Positions 55,763-64,000 of a stretch of DNA of 64,000 bases are shown here, piece by piece. Source of the DNA: Candidatus Omnitrophota bacterium (lineage in GTDB: Bacteria > Omnitrophota > Gorgyraeia > Zapsychrales > JANLHA01); NCBI GenBank assembly GCA_020632535.1, contig JACKFJ010000001.1, positions 410,890 to 474,889 of the forward strand, in the 5' to 3' direction. The stretch's first letter is position 1. Each line of letters begins with the position of its first letter. Both the position numbers and the translations under genes were made by a program. The notes beneath the pieces are model-generated. The model was not told the DNA's origin. It was given only the letters and a program-made list of their open reading frames with translations, and made no database searches.

Positions 55763-56309
55763 AGCTGTTGTATTTTGTATCTGCGTGTTGAGTTTGACTT
55801 CGTTAGTATCTGCGTCGTCACAAAAACCGAATCTGCAGGAAATGCGCGCTCAGCGTGAAGTTGAACTGATCAATATGCAAAAGCAACAACAGGTTGGGAT
55901 TTTTAAACGGCGACGGGATGAGTTGTTGGCTGATTATAAGGGATTGATGCGGGTTAAGAATGACGCGTATGGTCAAATGAAAATAGCGGAGAAAGATTAT
56001 AAAAAGGCGATGGCAAAATTAGAAAAGGCTAAAGCACAGCAATTTGAAGTAGAAGCGCAGATTGGGAAATTGTTGCAGGATAAGAATAGCGATGAGCTGC
56101 ATGCGCAAAGTCAAATCAAAAAACTTCGTGATCAGCAGACAAGCCTCATATCGGAAATCAAAAGTTATTCACAGATTCAACAGGCTTCATATGAAAATAT
56201 GAAAAATTTTGATAATCAATATCGCAGTTTTGCTTCGAAAGAACCGATTCTCAAACAGCAAATTGAATCAGTCCAAAGGCAGTTGCAGTTTGTTTTGTCC
56301 CAGCCATGA
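55752..56309 (+). CDS. secreted coiled-coil protein
   Basis: Signal peptide, then Gln/Lys/Glu-rich heptad-like sequence. Confidence 0.5.
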   Translation: MDFKAVVFCICVLSLTSLVSASSQKPNLQEMRAQREVELINMQKQQQVGIFKRRRDELLADYKGLMRVKNDAYGQMKIAEKDYKKAMAKLEKAKAQQFEVEAQIGKLLQDKNSDELHAQSQIKKLRDQQTSLISEIKSYSQIQQASYENMKNFDNQYRSFASKEPILKQQIESVQRQLQFVLSQP

Positions 56310-56399
56310 AATGAACTTGTAAACCGTGTTTAAAAAGGGTATATTATTTGACTCTTTCTTTGAATTTTGGAATTTGTTGTGAATCGTAAGGGGAGTGAT

Positions 56400-56870
56400 A
56401 TGTCCGGATCACGAAAAGGTGAGCGTCGTCGTCACGAACGGTATGAAACGGATTTGAAAATCGCGTTTTCGGTGAATTTTAATCTTGAAACGAAGATCAA
56501 ATTTCAAGTGCAGGGAAAACCGGAGGATACAAATTCCAATCGTGTTTATAGCGGCGTTGGTCATAATATCAATGTTGAAGGGTTGGGTTTTTCGTCAGGA
56601 GTAAAGCTGGAAAAAGGTGAAATGTTGTTGCTGGATGTTTTTCTTCCGACGGTGAAAGAACCAATTCCTATGAGTGGGAAAGTTCGATGGTGTCGTTCTT
56701 CAGCTTTGGGTGAATTTAAGACGGGGGTAAAGATTTTGAAAGTTCGTGATGAAGATGTTCAAAGTTCGGTTTTTCTTGATCCGACGAATAAAGTTCAGTG
56801 GAGCATACTTCTTGAATCGGTTTTTGGTGGATTTAAAGAGAGTATTTTAAAGAAAAAGAGTTTAGAGTAA
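56400..56870 (+). CDS. PilZ domain protein
   Basis: ATG at 56400 after AAGGGGAG. RxxxR (ERRRHERY) and NINVEGLGFS. The beta-barrel length is appropriate. Confidence 0.65.
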   Translation: MSGSRKGERRRHERYETDLKIAFSVNFNLETKIKFQVQGKPEDTNSNRVYSGVGHNINVEGLGFSSGVKLEKGEMLLLDVFLPTVKEPIPMSGKVRWCRSSALGEFKTGVKILKVRDEDVQSSVFLDPTNKVQWSILLESVFGGFKESILKKKSLE

Positions 56871-56892
56871 TACATTTGATAATAAAGAGTTT

Positions 56893-56936
56893 TGGAGAGG
56901 TGGGCCACATGTTTCACGTGTGGCACAACACCTCTC
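56893..56936 (+). other. tRNA-Ser acceptor-mimic hairpin C
   Basis: GGAGAGGTGGGCCACATG-tttca-CGTGTGGCACAACACCTCTCC, 35 nt upstream of tRNA-Ser(GGA). Confidence 0.6.
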
Positions 56937-56971
56937 CGTTATCGTAATTATAATTTTGATTTTGGTTGTAC

Positions 56972-57061
56972 GGAGAGGTGGCCGAGTGGCTGAAGGCGCA
57001 CGCCTGGAAAGCGTGTGGGCACGAAAGTGCCTCGAGAGTTCGAATCTCTCCTTCTCCGCCA
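56972..57061 (+). tRNA. tRNA-Ser (anticodon GGA)
   Basis: Acceptor GGAGAGG/CCTTCTCC, anticodon loop CTGGAAA, long variable arm, T-loop AGTTCGAATCT, encoded CCA. Confidence 0.9.
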
Positions 57062-57102
57062 TTTTTTCTTTAGCGATAGTGATTCCCCCAGTAGTGGTTG
57101 AC

Positions 57103-58080
57103 TTAGACTTCACTGATAACATCAAACCCTTTAAAGCTTCCGACTATTGCTAATCCAATAATTTGGCCGCGGCAAAGTCGTTTGGTTTTAATTTGCGCGG
57201 CTGTCTCATTGAGGGTAGCGCCAGAACCAACGGCGTCGTCAATTAGGAGAATATTGTCATAGGTTATTTTGTCTTCAACAATAATAGTGGCTTTCGCGTT
57301 ATCAACGCGGTCTTGAAGTTTATTGAGAGTTTTTTGGGCGACCATCACGTTTGTTTTTGTTTTAATGATAGATAGATGTTTTTCTTTGATAGCAAGGCGC
57401 TTTTTAAGTTCACTTATTAATTGAGTTTCGCGTTTAACGGTAGGCGGGATAAATCCAACCGCATCAATTTTGTACTTTTGAATGATGCGGTTTATCGGGT
57501 CGCTGATGCGCTGGATTAAGGACGAGATTTGCTTTTTGTTTTGACTGGATTTTGCCAAAAGAAGCAATTGTCCCAGTTTAGTTTTTCCAAAACGTTCGAT
57601 GGCATAAAAATCCAAGTAGAAAATTTTGTCCAAAGCAACATGTTTAAAGGTGGACGATAGCTTGTCCATACCATCGATTAAATTATTCTTTTTGTATTTG
57701 TTATACTTTTCTAGCGTTAACACATATTCATGGGCTGTTTTACCAAGTTCAAGATTCTGTTTAGTGCACCATGATTGAAAGCCGTCAACGCCTATCTTCT
57801 CTTCACCTATGGGGGAAACATAATAAAAATTTTCATCAATCAATTGTTGTTCTGATTGCTTTAGTAATTCTCGTGAAGAGGCAATGATTTTTGTAGCCAA
57901 AGTATAATAAACTTTGGGAGATTTGCCGATTTTCTGAATAATATTTTTTTCGCTTAAAGCGTTAAGCTGTTTAAAAATAGCGCGTGGACTTATTTCCAAA
58001 AAGGTGTAAAGATCTTTGGGGCTGGCTTGAGTATTCTTTTTGATAAAGGCGATTATTTTAGCTGCGGTTTCTGTTTTCAT
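57103..58080 (-). CDS. winged-helix HTH / phosphoribosyltransferase-domain (ComF-like) protein
   Basis: N-terminal DeoR/MarR-like wHTH (IIAFIKKNTQASPKDLYTFLEISPRAIFKQLNALSEKNII). C-terminal PRTase motif (ILLIDDAVGSGATLNE). Confidence 0.65.
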   Translation of the reverse strand: MKTETAAKIIAFIKKNTQASPKDLYTFLEISPRAIFKQLNALSEKNIIQKIGKSPKVYYTLATKIIASSRELLKQSEQQLIDENFYYVSPIGEEKIGVDGFQSWCTKQNLELGKTAHEYVLTLEKYNKYKKNNLIDGMDKLSSTFKHVALDKIFYLDFYAIERFGKTKLGQLLLLAKSSQNKKQISSLIQRISDPINRIIQKYKIDAVGFIPPTVKRETQLISELKKRLAIKEKHLSIIKTKTNVMVAQKTLNKLQDRVDNAKATIIVEDKITYDNILLIDDAVGSGATLNETAAQIKTKRLCRGQIIGLAIVGSFKGFDVISEV

Positions 58081-58111
58081 ATGGCAAGTATAGCATGAAA
58101 GTCACTGTTTG

Positions 58112-58146
58112 CATAGTTCATAGTTCACTGTGAACTATGAACTATG
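58112..58146. promoter_or_regulatory. 35-bp perfect palindrome, candidate operator
   Basis: catagttcatagttcac-t-gtgaactatgaactatg lies 32-66 nt upstream of the start of the HTH-PRTase gene. Each arm is itself a tandem (ATAGTTC x2). Confidence 0.6.
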
Positions 58147-58333
58147 GGTTGGTATGCTTTAACCCGCGCATCATTTTCAAACACAATTTGCATAGAATGC
58201 TGTAAATATCTCGATATTTTGCTTTTTTATCTTTATTTGCGCACGAATATGATATAGTAAGAAAAATTTTTAGGGTCACAAATAATTATTGTTTTCTCAA
58301 TGACATGCGTCTTGCCGTACGTAAAATACAATT

Positions 58334-58864
58334 ATGGACATCTATAATTTTTGGTTAAAAGCGCTTAAAAGCACGGAAATTATCCGCCCGCGTGTCCATG
58401 GGCTATTGTCGAATCAAGACACGCAAGTTCCTTACATTATGCTTTCGGAGTCATCAATTAATTTAGGTGATACGGTTGTTCGCAAAGGAGAAGTTGTCGT
58501 TGAAAAACCCGCGCTTGTCCTGCCTCCGGCGAGTCCACAGCTTGAAGGATTTGAATTTGCGGTTGATGAGAATTTTAAGCAGGATGCTTTCGTCAACTTT
58601 TTACTTGTTCGTGGTGTAACACTTCCATCCATGAAATACAATAATACGACAAATTCGCTTGAAGTCTTTGACGGTGATTTAGCAAAAGCGGTGGGCCATT
58701 ACGGCAATCTTTTGCAACGTCAGGAAAATGTCACGACGGGTTTGATCACTGGACCGGAAGATGGTTGGCAATTTTCGGTTTTGGTTTATATCTGTTCGCA
58801 GGTTGCGCGTCATGCCGAGCGCGACATCCGCAATCTTTTAAAAGACATTAAGGAATCTCGATGA
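58334..58864 (+). CDS. hypothetical protein
   Basis: 176-aa ORF, ATGA-coupled to the downstream M16 peptidase gene. No motif recognised. Confidence 0.5.
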   Translation: MDIYNFWLKALKSTEIIRPRVHGLLSNQDTQVPYIMLSESSINLGDTVVRKGEVVVEKPALVLPPASPQLEGFEFAVDENFKQDAFVNFLLVRGVTLPSMKYNNTTNSLEVFDGDLAKAVGHYGNLLQRQENVTTGLITGPEDGWQFSVLVYICSQVARHAERDIRNLLKDIKESR

Positions 58865-61530
58865 AAAAAATCTTTTTAAACGTATTTTTTGTCTTGGCGG
58901 TTTTGCACATGTTTTGTGATACAGCAGTCGCCCAAGAGCAAAAAACACAAGTTCAAACGCAGAAATTTGTCCTTGATAATGGTTTGACCGTTTTGATTAG
59001 TGAAATGCCCGGAAGCTCGACAGCATCGGTTTTTGGTCTTGTAAAGACTGGTTCGGCGACGGAAGGAAAGTATTTGGGCACGGGGATATCTCATTTTCTT
59101 GAGCACATGCTTTTTAAGGGTACGGATAAGCGCGGTGTTGGACAAATCCCTCGCGAAGTGCAGGCGCTCGGTGGTCAAATCAACGCGTCGACGAGTTTTG
59201 ATTATACAATTTATACATTGACCGTGCCGGAAACCGCGTTTGATCAAGGATTGGATATTATTGCGGACATGTTGATGAATTCAAAATTTGATGATGCCGA
59301 AATTCAAAAAGAACGTGATGTGGTTTATGGAGAAATGCGTCTTTATAAGGATCGTCCGGAACGTTACTTGAGTCAAATGGTTTTTAACACCGTCTATAAG
59401 CAACATCCATACGGTATTCCGATCATTGGATATGAGGAACTTTTGCGCGGATTAAAGCGTGAGGATTTTGTTGATTATTACAAAACTCGCTACGCGCCGA
59501 ATAATATCATTATTTCGATTGCGGGTCATGTGCAGGCGGATGATGTTTTGCCAAAAGTCCGCGCGATTTTTAAGGATTTTGCCCGTCAGCCGAATTTTAC
59601 TCGCAATTTGACGTCTGAGCCGACGCAAATTAATATGCGCTATTTGGAAGAGGAGTATCAAACTGATCTGACACGTGTGGACATGGCGTATTCGGGAGTC
59701 AGTTTGCGTGACGCGGATTTGTACGCGCTAGATGTTCTGGCCATGATTCTTGGCCAAGGCGAAAGTTCGCGACTTTATAAGGAAATTTTCTTAAATAAAA
59801 ATTTAGTCCGTTCGATCACGGCGGCGAATTTTACGCCGATGGATCGTGGTGTTTTTGAAATTGAAATGATGCTGGATGAAAAGGATGTCGAATCGGCGAT
59901 CTTGGCAGTCAAGGCACAAATTCAATTGGTGGCGCAAAAGGGTGTTGACGTGTCAGAACTTGAAAAAGTTAAGCGGCAAGTGTACTCGCAAAATATTTTT
60001 GGAAGATTAACTTCGGACGTTGTTGCCAATAATGCCGCGGCGGATGAAGCGTTTATCGGGGATTATGATTTTTCAAGAAAATATGTCGAGGCCATTAAAA
60101 AGGTTAGTAGCGCTGACATTCAAAGAGTTGCCAAACAGTATTTTCATGACGATAAATTGTCACTTGTTATTCTTAAACCTAAAAAATTGCCGACGACCGC
60201 CGAGCAAGTGACGGATGCTGTCAAACCATTGGCAATTGAGAAAATCACACTTGATAATGGTTTGACGATTCTTTTACGTGAAAATCATTCTTTTCCGATT
60301 GTTTCGATCAATTTGGCCATGAACGGCGGGATGTGGCAAGAGACGGTTGAGAAAAACGGTGTATCTGAATTGATGTCGCGACTTTTAACCGAGGGGACTA
60401 AAACAAAAACCGCCGATCAAATTACCGAGAGTATTGAATCGCGTGGAGCGAGCTTGACGCCTTTTTCGGGACGCAATAGTTTGGGGATTATATTTAATCT
60501 TTTGTCGGAGGATACGGATTTTGGCTTAGGACTTCTTGAAGATTTGATCAAAAATCCGACATTTCCTGAGCGTGAATTAAACCGTGAAAAGGATAAAATG
60601 CGTACCGCGCTAATCGCGCAAGAAGACAGTATCAACGCCGTTACGTCGCGTCATTTGCGGGAATTGTTATTTTTGACGCATCCGTATCGACGTGATGGTT
60701 TGGGAACAGTGGAATCGATCGAAAAGATACAGCGCGGTGATATTGTTGACTTTTATCAGCGTCATGTTGTCCCGAACAATATGGTCATTTCGGTTTTTGG
60801 CGATATTGATTCGGCAAAAGTTTTGGCTTCATTAAAAAAGCGATTTGGCGGCCTTGTTAATAAAGATTTGCCGATTTTAACATATTCTGAAAGCCCACCG
60901 ACGGAAACTCGTGAAAAAACAATTCGAATGAAAAAGAAGCAGGCGATGGTGATGATCGCCTTTCAAGGTGTGGATCTTAAAAGTCCGGACCGCTATCCCT
61001 TGCAGGTTTTGACTTCGATTTTGGGTTCGTCTTTTAATGGTCGGATTTTTACGACAATCCGTGATCAATTTGGACAGGCCTATACTTTAGGCGGAGGTTT
61101 TACGCCGAGCCGTGACATTGGGATGATATCGTTTTATGTTTTGACCAATGATGAGAGTGTACTGCAAGTTAAGGATTCACTTGAAAAATTACTCGTCGAA
61201 ATTCGTGAGAACAAGGTCAGTGAAACAGAACTCAATGAAATGAAAACATACTTAAAGGGTTCTTTTCGAATGAATTTGGAAACCGATTCGTCTCTTGGCT
61301 TTATCACAACTCTCGATGAACTCTACGGCAATGGATATGATTATTATGAGTCTTTTTATAGCCGAATTGATGCGGTTACCGCCGATGATATTCAACGATT
61401 GGCAATGGAATATCTTGACTTAAAGAAAGCCGCGATCGTGATTACTCGTCCGACAAAACACGTTTCGGAAAACACGATGATGGAAAAACCAGTGATGATG
61501 CCGGTCACTGCGCCCGCGGAAATTCACTGA
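58861..61530 (+). CDS. M16 (insulinase/pitrilysin) family zinc peptidase, double-unit
   Basis: Signal peptide, HxxEH (SHFLEHMLFKGT), and a second inactive M16 half. 889 aa. Confidence 0.85.
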   Translation: MKKIFLNVFFVLAVLHMFCDTAVAQEQKTQVQTQKFVLDNGLTVLISEMPGSSTASVFGLVKTGSATEGKYLGTGISHFLEHMLFKGTDKRGVGQIPREVQALGGQINASTSFDYTIYTLTVPETAFDQGLDIIADMLMNSKFDDAEIQKERDVVYGEMRLYKDRPERYLSQMVFNTVYKQHPYGIPIIGYEELLRGLKREDFVDYYKTRYAPNNIIISIAGHVQADDVLPKVRAIFKDFARQPNFTRNLTSEPTQINMRYLEEEYQTDLTRVDMAYSGVSLRDADLYALDVLAMILGQGESSRLYKEIFLNKNLVRSITAANFTPMDRGVFEIEMMLDEKDVESAILAVKAQIQLVAQKGVDVSELEKVKRQVYSQNIFGRLTSDVVANNAAADEAFIGDYDFSRKYVEAIKKVSSADIQRVAKQYFHDDKLSLVILKPKKLPTTAEQVTDAVKPLAIEKITLDNGLTILLRENHSFPIVSINLAMNGGMWQETVEKNGVSELMSRLLTEGTKTKTADQITESIESRGASLTPFSGRNSLGIIFNLLSEDTDFGLGLLEDLIKNPTFPERELNREKDKMRTALIAQEDSINAVTSRHLRELLFLTHPYRRDGLGTVESIEKIQRGDIVDFYQRHVVPNNMVISVFGDIDSAKVLASLKKRFGGLVNKDLPILTYSESPPTETREKTIRMKKKQAMVMIAFQGVDLKSPDRYPLQVLTSILGSSFNGRIFTTIRDQFGQAYTLGGGFTPSRDIGMISFYVLTNDESVLQVKDSLEKLLVEIRENKVSETELNEMKTYLKGSFRMNLETDSSLGFITTLDELYGNGYDYYESFYSRIDAVTADDIQRLAMEYLDLKKAAIVITRPTKHVSENTMMEKPVMMPVTAPAEIH

Positions 61531-61544
61531 TAAGAGAGGGGCTT

Positions 61545-62939
61545 ATGGAATATCGTAAAAGAATAGAGTTGGAGTACAAACTTGTTGAGCGTTTGTATGG
61601 CAAAATTCGGCTTTTGCAAGATTATAGCGAGCGTGAAAATGTCGTCGATTTTGAGTTGAGTGAACTTTTGCGTATTGATGACGGCCAAAATTTTAAGCGG
61701 GAAATGGAAGAGCTTTCCGTCGAGGAAGTTAAAAAATTGTTTATTAAGGAATTCCTTTCCTACGGTGTCATTCAGCCTTTGATGTCGGATTTTGAAGTTG
61801 AGGATATTATTATTAACGCGATTAAGCCGATTTATATTCATCATTCGCAAAAAGGATTGGTCTCAAGCGGCGCGTGTTTTCAGACTCGAGAGGAGCTGGA
61901 TCTTTTTGTTCATAAACTTGTTCTTTTTGCCGGACGTAAAATTGTTGATAGCATTATGAATATTGAATTGCCAAATCTGGAAGGCCGGGTCAATATTATT
62001 AAATCACCGTTTGGCCCGCAACTGACGATTACCAAGGCGAAATTGTCTCCTTTGAGCATTTTTGATTTGATTTCGGCGGGATCGTTTACGTATGAGGTCG
62101 CGGCGCAGTTGTGGCTTTATCTTGAGGGAATGTCGATTCGTCCGGCGAACATGATTATTGCCGGCGGGCCGGGTGTGGGTAAGACGACATTGTTAAACGC
62201 GCTTTTTAGTTTTATTCCCGAAAATGATCGTATTGTTGTTATTGAAGATACATTGGAATTAAACACGGATTTTGAAGACAGTTGTTCGCGTTTGGAAAGT
62301 GGTGAGGATTTTTCTCTCGCGGACTTGGTTAAAAATAGTTTGCGGATGCGCCCTGAGCGGATTATCGTCGGTGAGGTTCGAGGGGAAGAAGCGCGTGACA
62401 TGATTACCGCGGCGAATATCGGGAAGTATTGTATCGGCACCATTCACGCTTTGTCGTCGAGAGAGGCGATATTACGTCTGCAGAATGAACCGATGAATAT
62501 TCCGGAAGAATTGGTGCGGTTGATTGATGTTTTTATCGTCTTAAAGCGTTATCATGTTGGGGATCGGGTTTTTCGTGTTATCGACGAGGTTAGTGAAACC
62601 AGCGGGATGGAACAGCAAAAAGTCTTATTGTCGCACATTTATAAATATGATTACGAGACTCGTACGACGAAAACGTTATCGACGAGTACGGTTTATCGTG
62701 ATCGTTTGGCGCAGCAGGCGGGACTTTTGCCAAAGGATATTATTATTGAAGTTCAGGTTCGCGCATTGGCGTTGCAGAAGCTGCATGAAATGAAAGTCAC
62801 GACACTCAAGGAGCTTAGCGCTTTTTGTCGGGCATATAGCCGCAATTCGGACCAAGCGCTGGAAAGTATCGGAATCAAGCGCAGTGATCTGCTTGAAAAA
62901 AAGTATCTTGATGAGCGCAATCGTCGTATTAATCGCTAA
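61545..62939 (+). CDS. type II/IV secretion-family ATPase (FlaI/VirB11/CpaF-like)
   Basis: Walker A (GGPGVGKTTLLNAL), Asp box/Walker B (IVVIEDTLEL), and His box (RPERIIVGEVRGEEA...GTIHA). Confidence 0.8.
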   Translation: MEYRKRIELEYKLVERLYGKIRLLQDYSERENVVDFELSELLRIDDGQNFKREMEELSVEEVKKLFIKEFLSYGVIQPLMSDFEVEDIIINAIKPIYIHHSQKGLVSSGACFQTREELDLFVHKLVLFAGRKIVDSIMNIELPNLEGRVNIIKSPFGPQLTITKAKLSPLSIFDLISAGSFTYEVAAQLWLYLEGMSIRPANMIIAGGPGVGKTTLLNALFSFIPENDRIVVIEDTLELNTDFEDSCSRLESGEDFSLADLVKNSLRMRPERIIVGEVRGEEARDMITAANIGKYCIGTIHALSSREAILRLQNEPMNIPEELVRLIDVFIVLKRYHVGDRVFRVIDEVSETSGMEQQKVLLSHIYKYDYETRTTKTLSTSTVYRDRLAQQAGLLPKDIIIEVQVRALALQKLHEMKVTTLKELSAFCRAYSRNSDQALESIGIKRSDLLEKKYLDERNRRINR

Positions 62940-63120
62940 AATAATCTGACGGGATTTTCTGTTGAAATTCTCGACAAATGCTGTATATTGATACAACATT
63001 TGGAAACACGGCTTTTTAAAAATTCGAAAAAATTTAGGCGGCGCCTAACCGACTTTTAGAAAAGTCGGCACAAAGGCGCAAATTTTTGTCGATGTACAAT
63101 TGATATTTTTTAGTAATTTG

Positions 63121-63194
63121 CGCCTGTAGCTCAATTGGATAGAGCACTAGTCTACGGAACTAGTTGTTGGAGGTTCAAGTCCCCCCAGGCGCGT
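63121..63194 (+). tRNA. tRNA-Arg (anticodon ACG)
   Basis: Acceptor GCGCCTG/CAGGCGC, D-arm GCTCAATTGGATAGAGC, anticodon loop CTACGGA, T-loop TTCAAGT. One A:C mismatch in the T stem. No encoded CCA. Confidence 0.8.
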
Positions 63195-63208
63195 TTTCTT
63201 GTCTATTA

Positions 63209-64000
63209 TGATTCATCATAAAGTTAATCAGCCACAATCTACTAAAATCCCTCGCACGATAGAACAACGCCGTTCTCTTCCTCATAACTCAAAAAATGCT
63301 CAAAAGTCAGTGGTCAACGATGTGTACGCGCGACTGTTTAGTAGCGCGGTTGATGCGACGATAATTCTTACGGCGGGTTTGCAAATCCAGTATGTCAATT
63401 CTGCCGCGAAAAGTCTGTTTAATTTTTCAGCTGAAGAGGGCAAGGGCAAATTTTTTAAAGATTATTTGCCCGCGCAATCACTTCACAAATTTACTGCCGC
63501 GATTAAGAAGAGTCGTCAGGACGCAACACAGGCACGACTTGAAATTGATGTGATTAACGGGTATCGGCAACGCATTGCCATCGCGCTGACGATTTTACCG
63601 ATGATTGAACATAAAAAGGTCAGTGGTTTTTGTTTGACACTGCACGATATTGGTCAGGAACAACAGATTGAAGAATTATTGCGTGAGTCACAAAAAATGG
63701 AAGCGATGCAGTATTTTGTCGCCGGAACAACGAAGGAATTGCAGCATCCGTTACTCGCGATTTTAAAGCGGATTGAAAGTATTGAGAGCAAATATAAGGA
63801 CCGCAGTTTTGAATATGTCAGCTATAAGGAATTTAATAATATCATGACTTTTTTGGGTTTGATTCGCAAGCAAATCAAAGCCTGTTATGACACGACGACA
63901 AAACTGACAAGTGCGAATAAAAAACGGCTAAAATTTGAAAGCAATCATTGTCAGGTCAACGAGGTGATTCGGGAAATTATTCGGATCAAGGGAAAGAGTT
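63209..64000 (+). CDS. PAS-domain sensor histidine kinase (5' part, runs off window)
   Basis: Open frame from the ATG at 63209 to the window end, checked codon by codon. PAS-like region (LFSSAVDATIILTAGLQIQYVNSAAKSLF), then an H-box-like MEAMQYFVAGTTKELQHPL. Confidence 0.7.

Noticed and set aside
52303-57153. ORFs 52303-52563(-), 56862-57125(-) and 56920-57153(+), which overlap tRNA-Ser genes.
   Set aside because: They run antisense or sense through clear tRNA cloverleaf sequences and repeat elements, so they are spurious.

Overview
The window looks like chromosomal DNA from a low-GC (about 40%) Gram-negative-type bacterium with many lipobox lipoproteins. I cannot assign a phylum from sequence alone. 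All protein calls come from reading motifs by eye in the supplied translations, and no searches were run. Hand-indexed repeat and RNA coordinates may be off by a few nt. Layout: (1) MntA (partial) and HepT toxin-antitoxin at the left edge. (2) A signalling block at 0.6-11.8 kb. A FabZ-like dehydratase and two ketosynthases are translationally coupled to a 7TM-GAF histidine kinase, a REC protein and a GAF-HD-GYP protein. These converge on a second operon: XRE-cupin regulator, REC, and two paralogous 7TM kinases. (3) A secreted beta-propeller and small secreted proteins. (4) A GIY-YIG nuclease gene embedded in arrays of a ~71-bp palindromic repeat (family 1, CATTGCGAGGAG...CTCCTCGCAATG). This repeat recurs at 12 or more sites, including in frame inside both paralogous kinase genes and fused to the 5' junctions of orphan Rhs cassettes. 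(5) Rhs locus A: a 2542-aa SpvB/FG-GAP/TcdB-mid/YD protein with two LamG-like inserts, plus an immunity gene and two orphan toxin/immunity cassettes. The cassettes share 476-bp and 870-bp near-identical direct repeats with the main gene, and a radical-SAM gene pair sits between them. (6) A RAYT (IS200-like Y1 transposase) flanked by perfect 22-bp inverted repeats. (7) A housekeeping block: lipoproteins, a BepA-like M48-TPR protease, REC and serS. (8) Rhs locus B: a 2289-aa teneurin-like YD protein (metal-binding Cys motif, PASTA, CarboxypepD_reg-like, NHL, YD), plus an immunity gene, one orphan cassette and one short Rhs fragment. (9) Three tRNA-Ser genes (UGA, CGA, GGA), each preceded by hairpins built from the tRNA's own acceptor-stem sequence. 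Between the first two lie a multiply frameshifted class A beta-lactamase gene, a second HD-GYP gene and a truncated integrase. (10) Two PilZ proteins, an NHL-repeat protein, an HTH-phosphoribosyltransferase with a 35-bp palindromic operator, an M16 peptidase, a FlaI/VirB11-like ATPase, tRNA-Arg and a partial PAS kinase. The most interesting leads are the family-1 palindromic element with its GIY-YIG link, the lipid-synthase/HD-GYP operon, and the tRNA-Ser acceptor-mimic hairpins.
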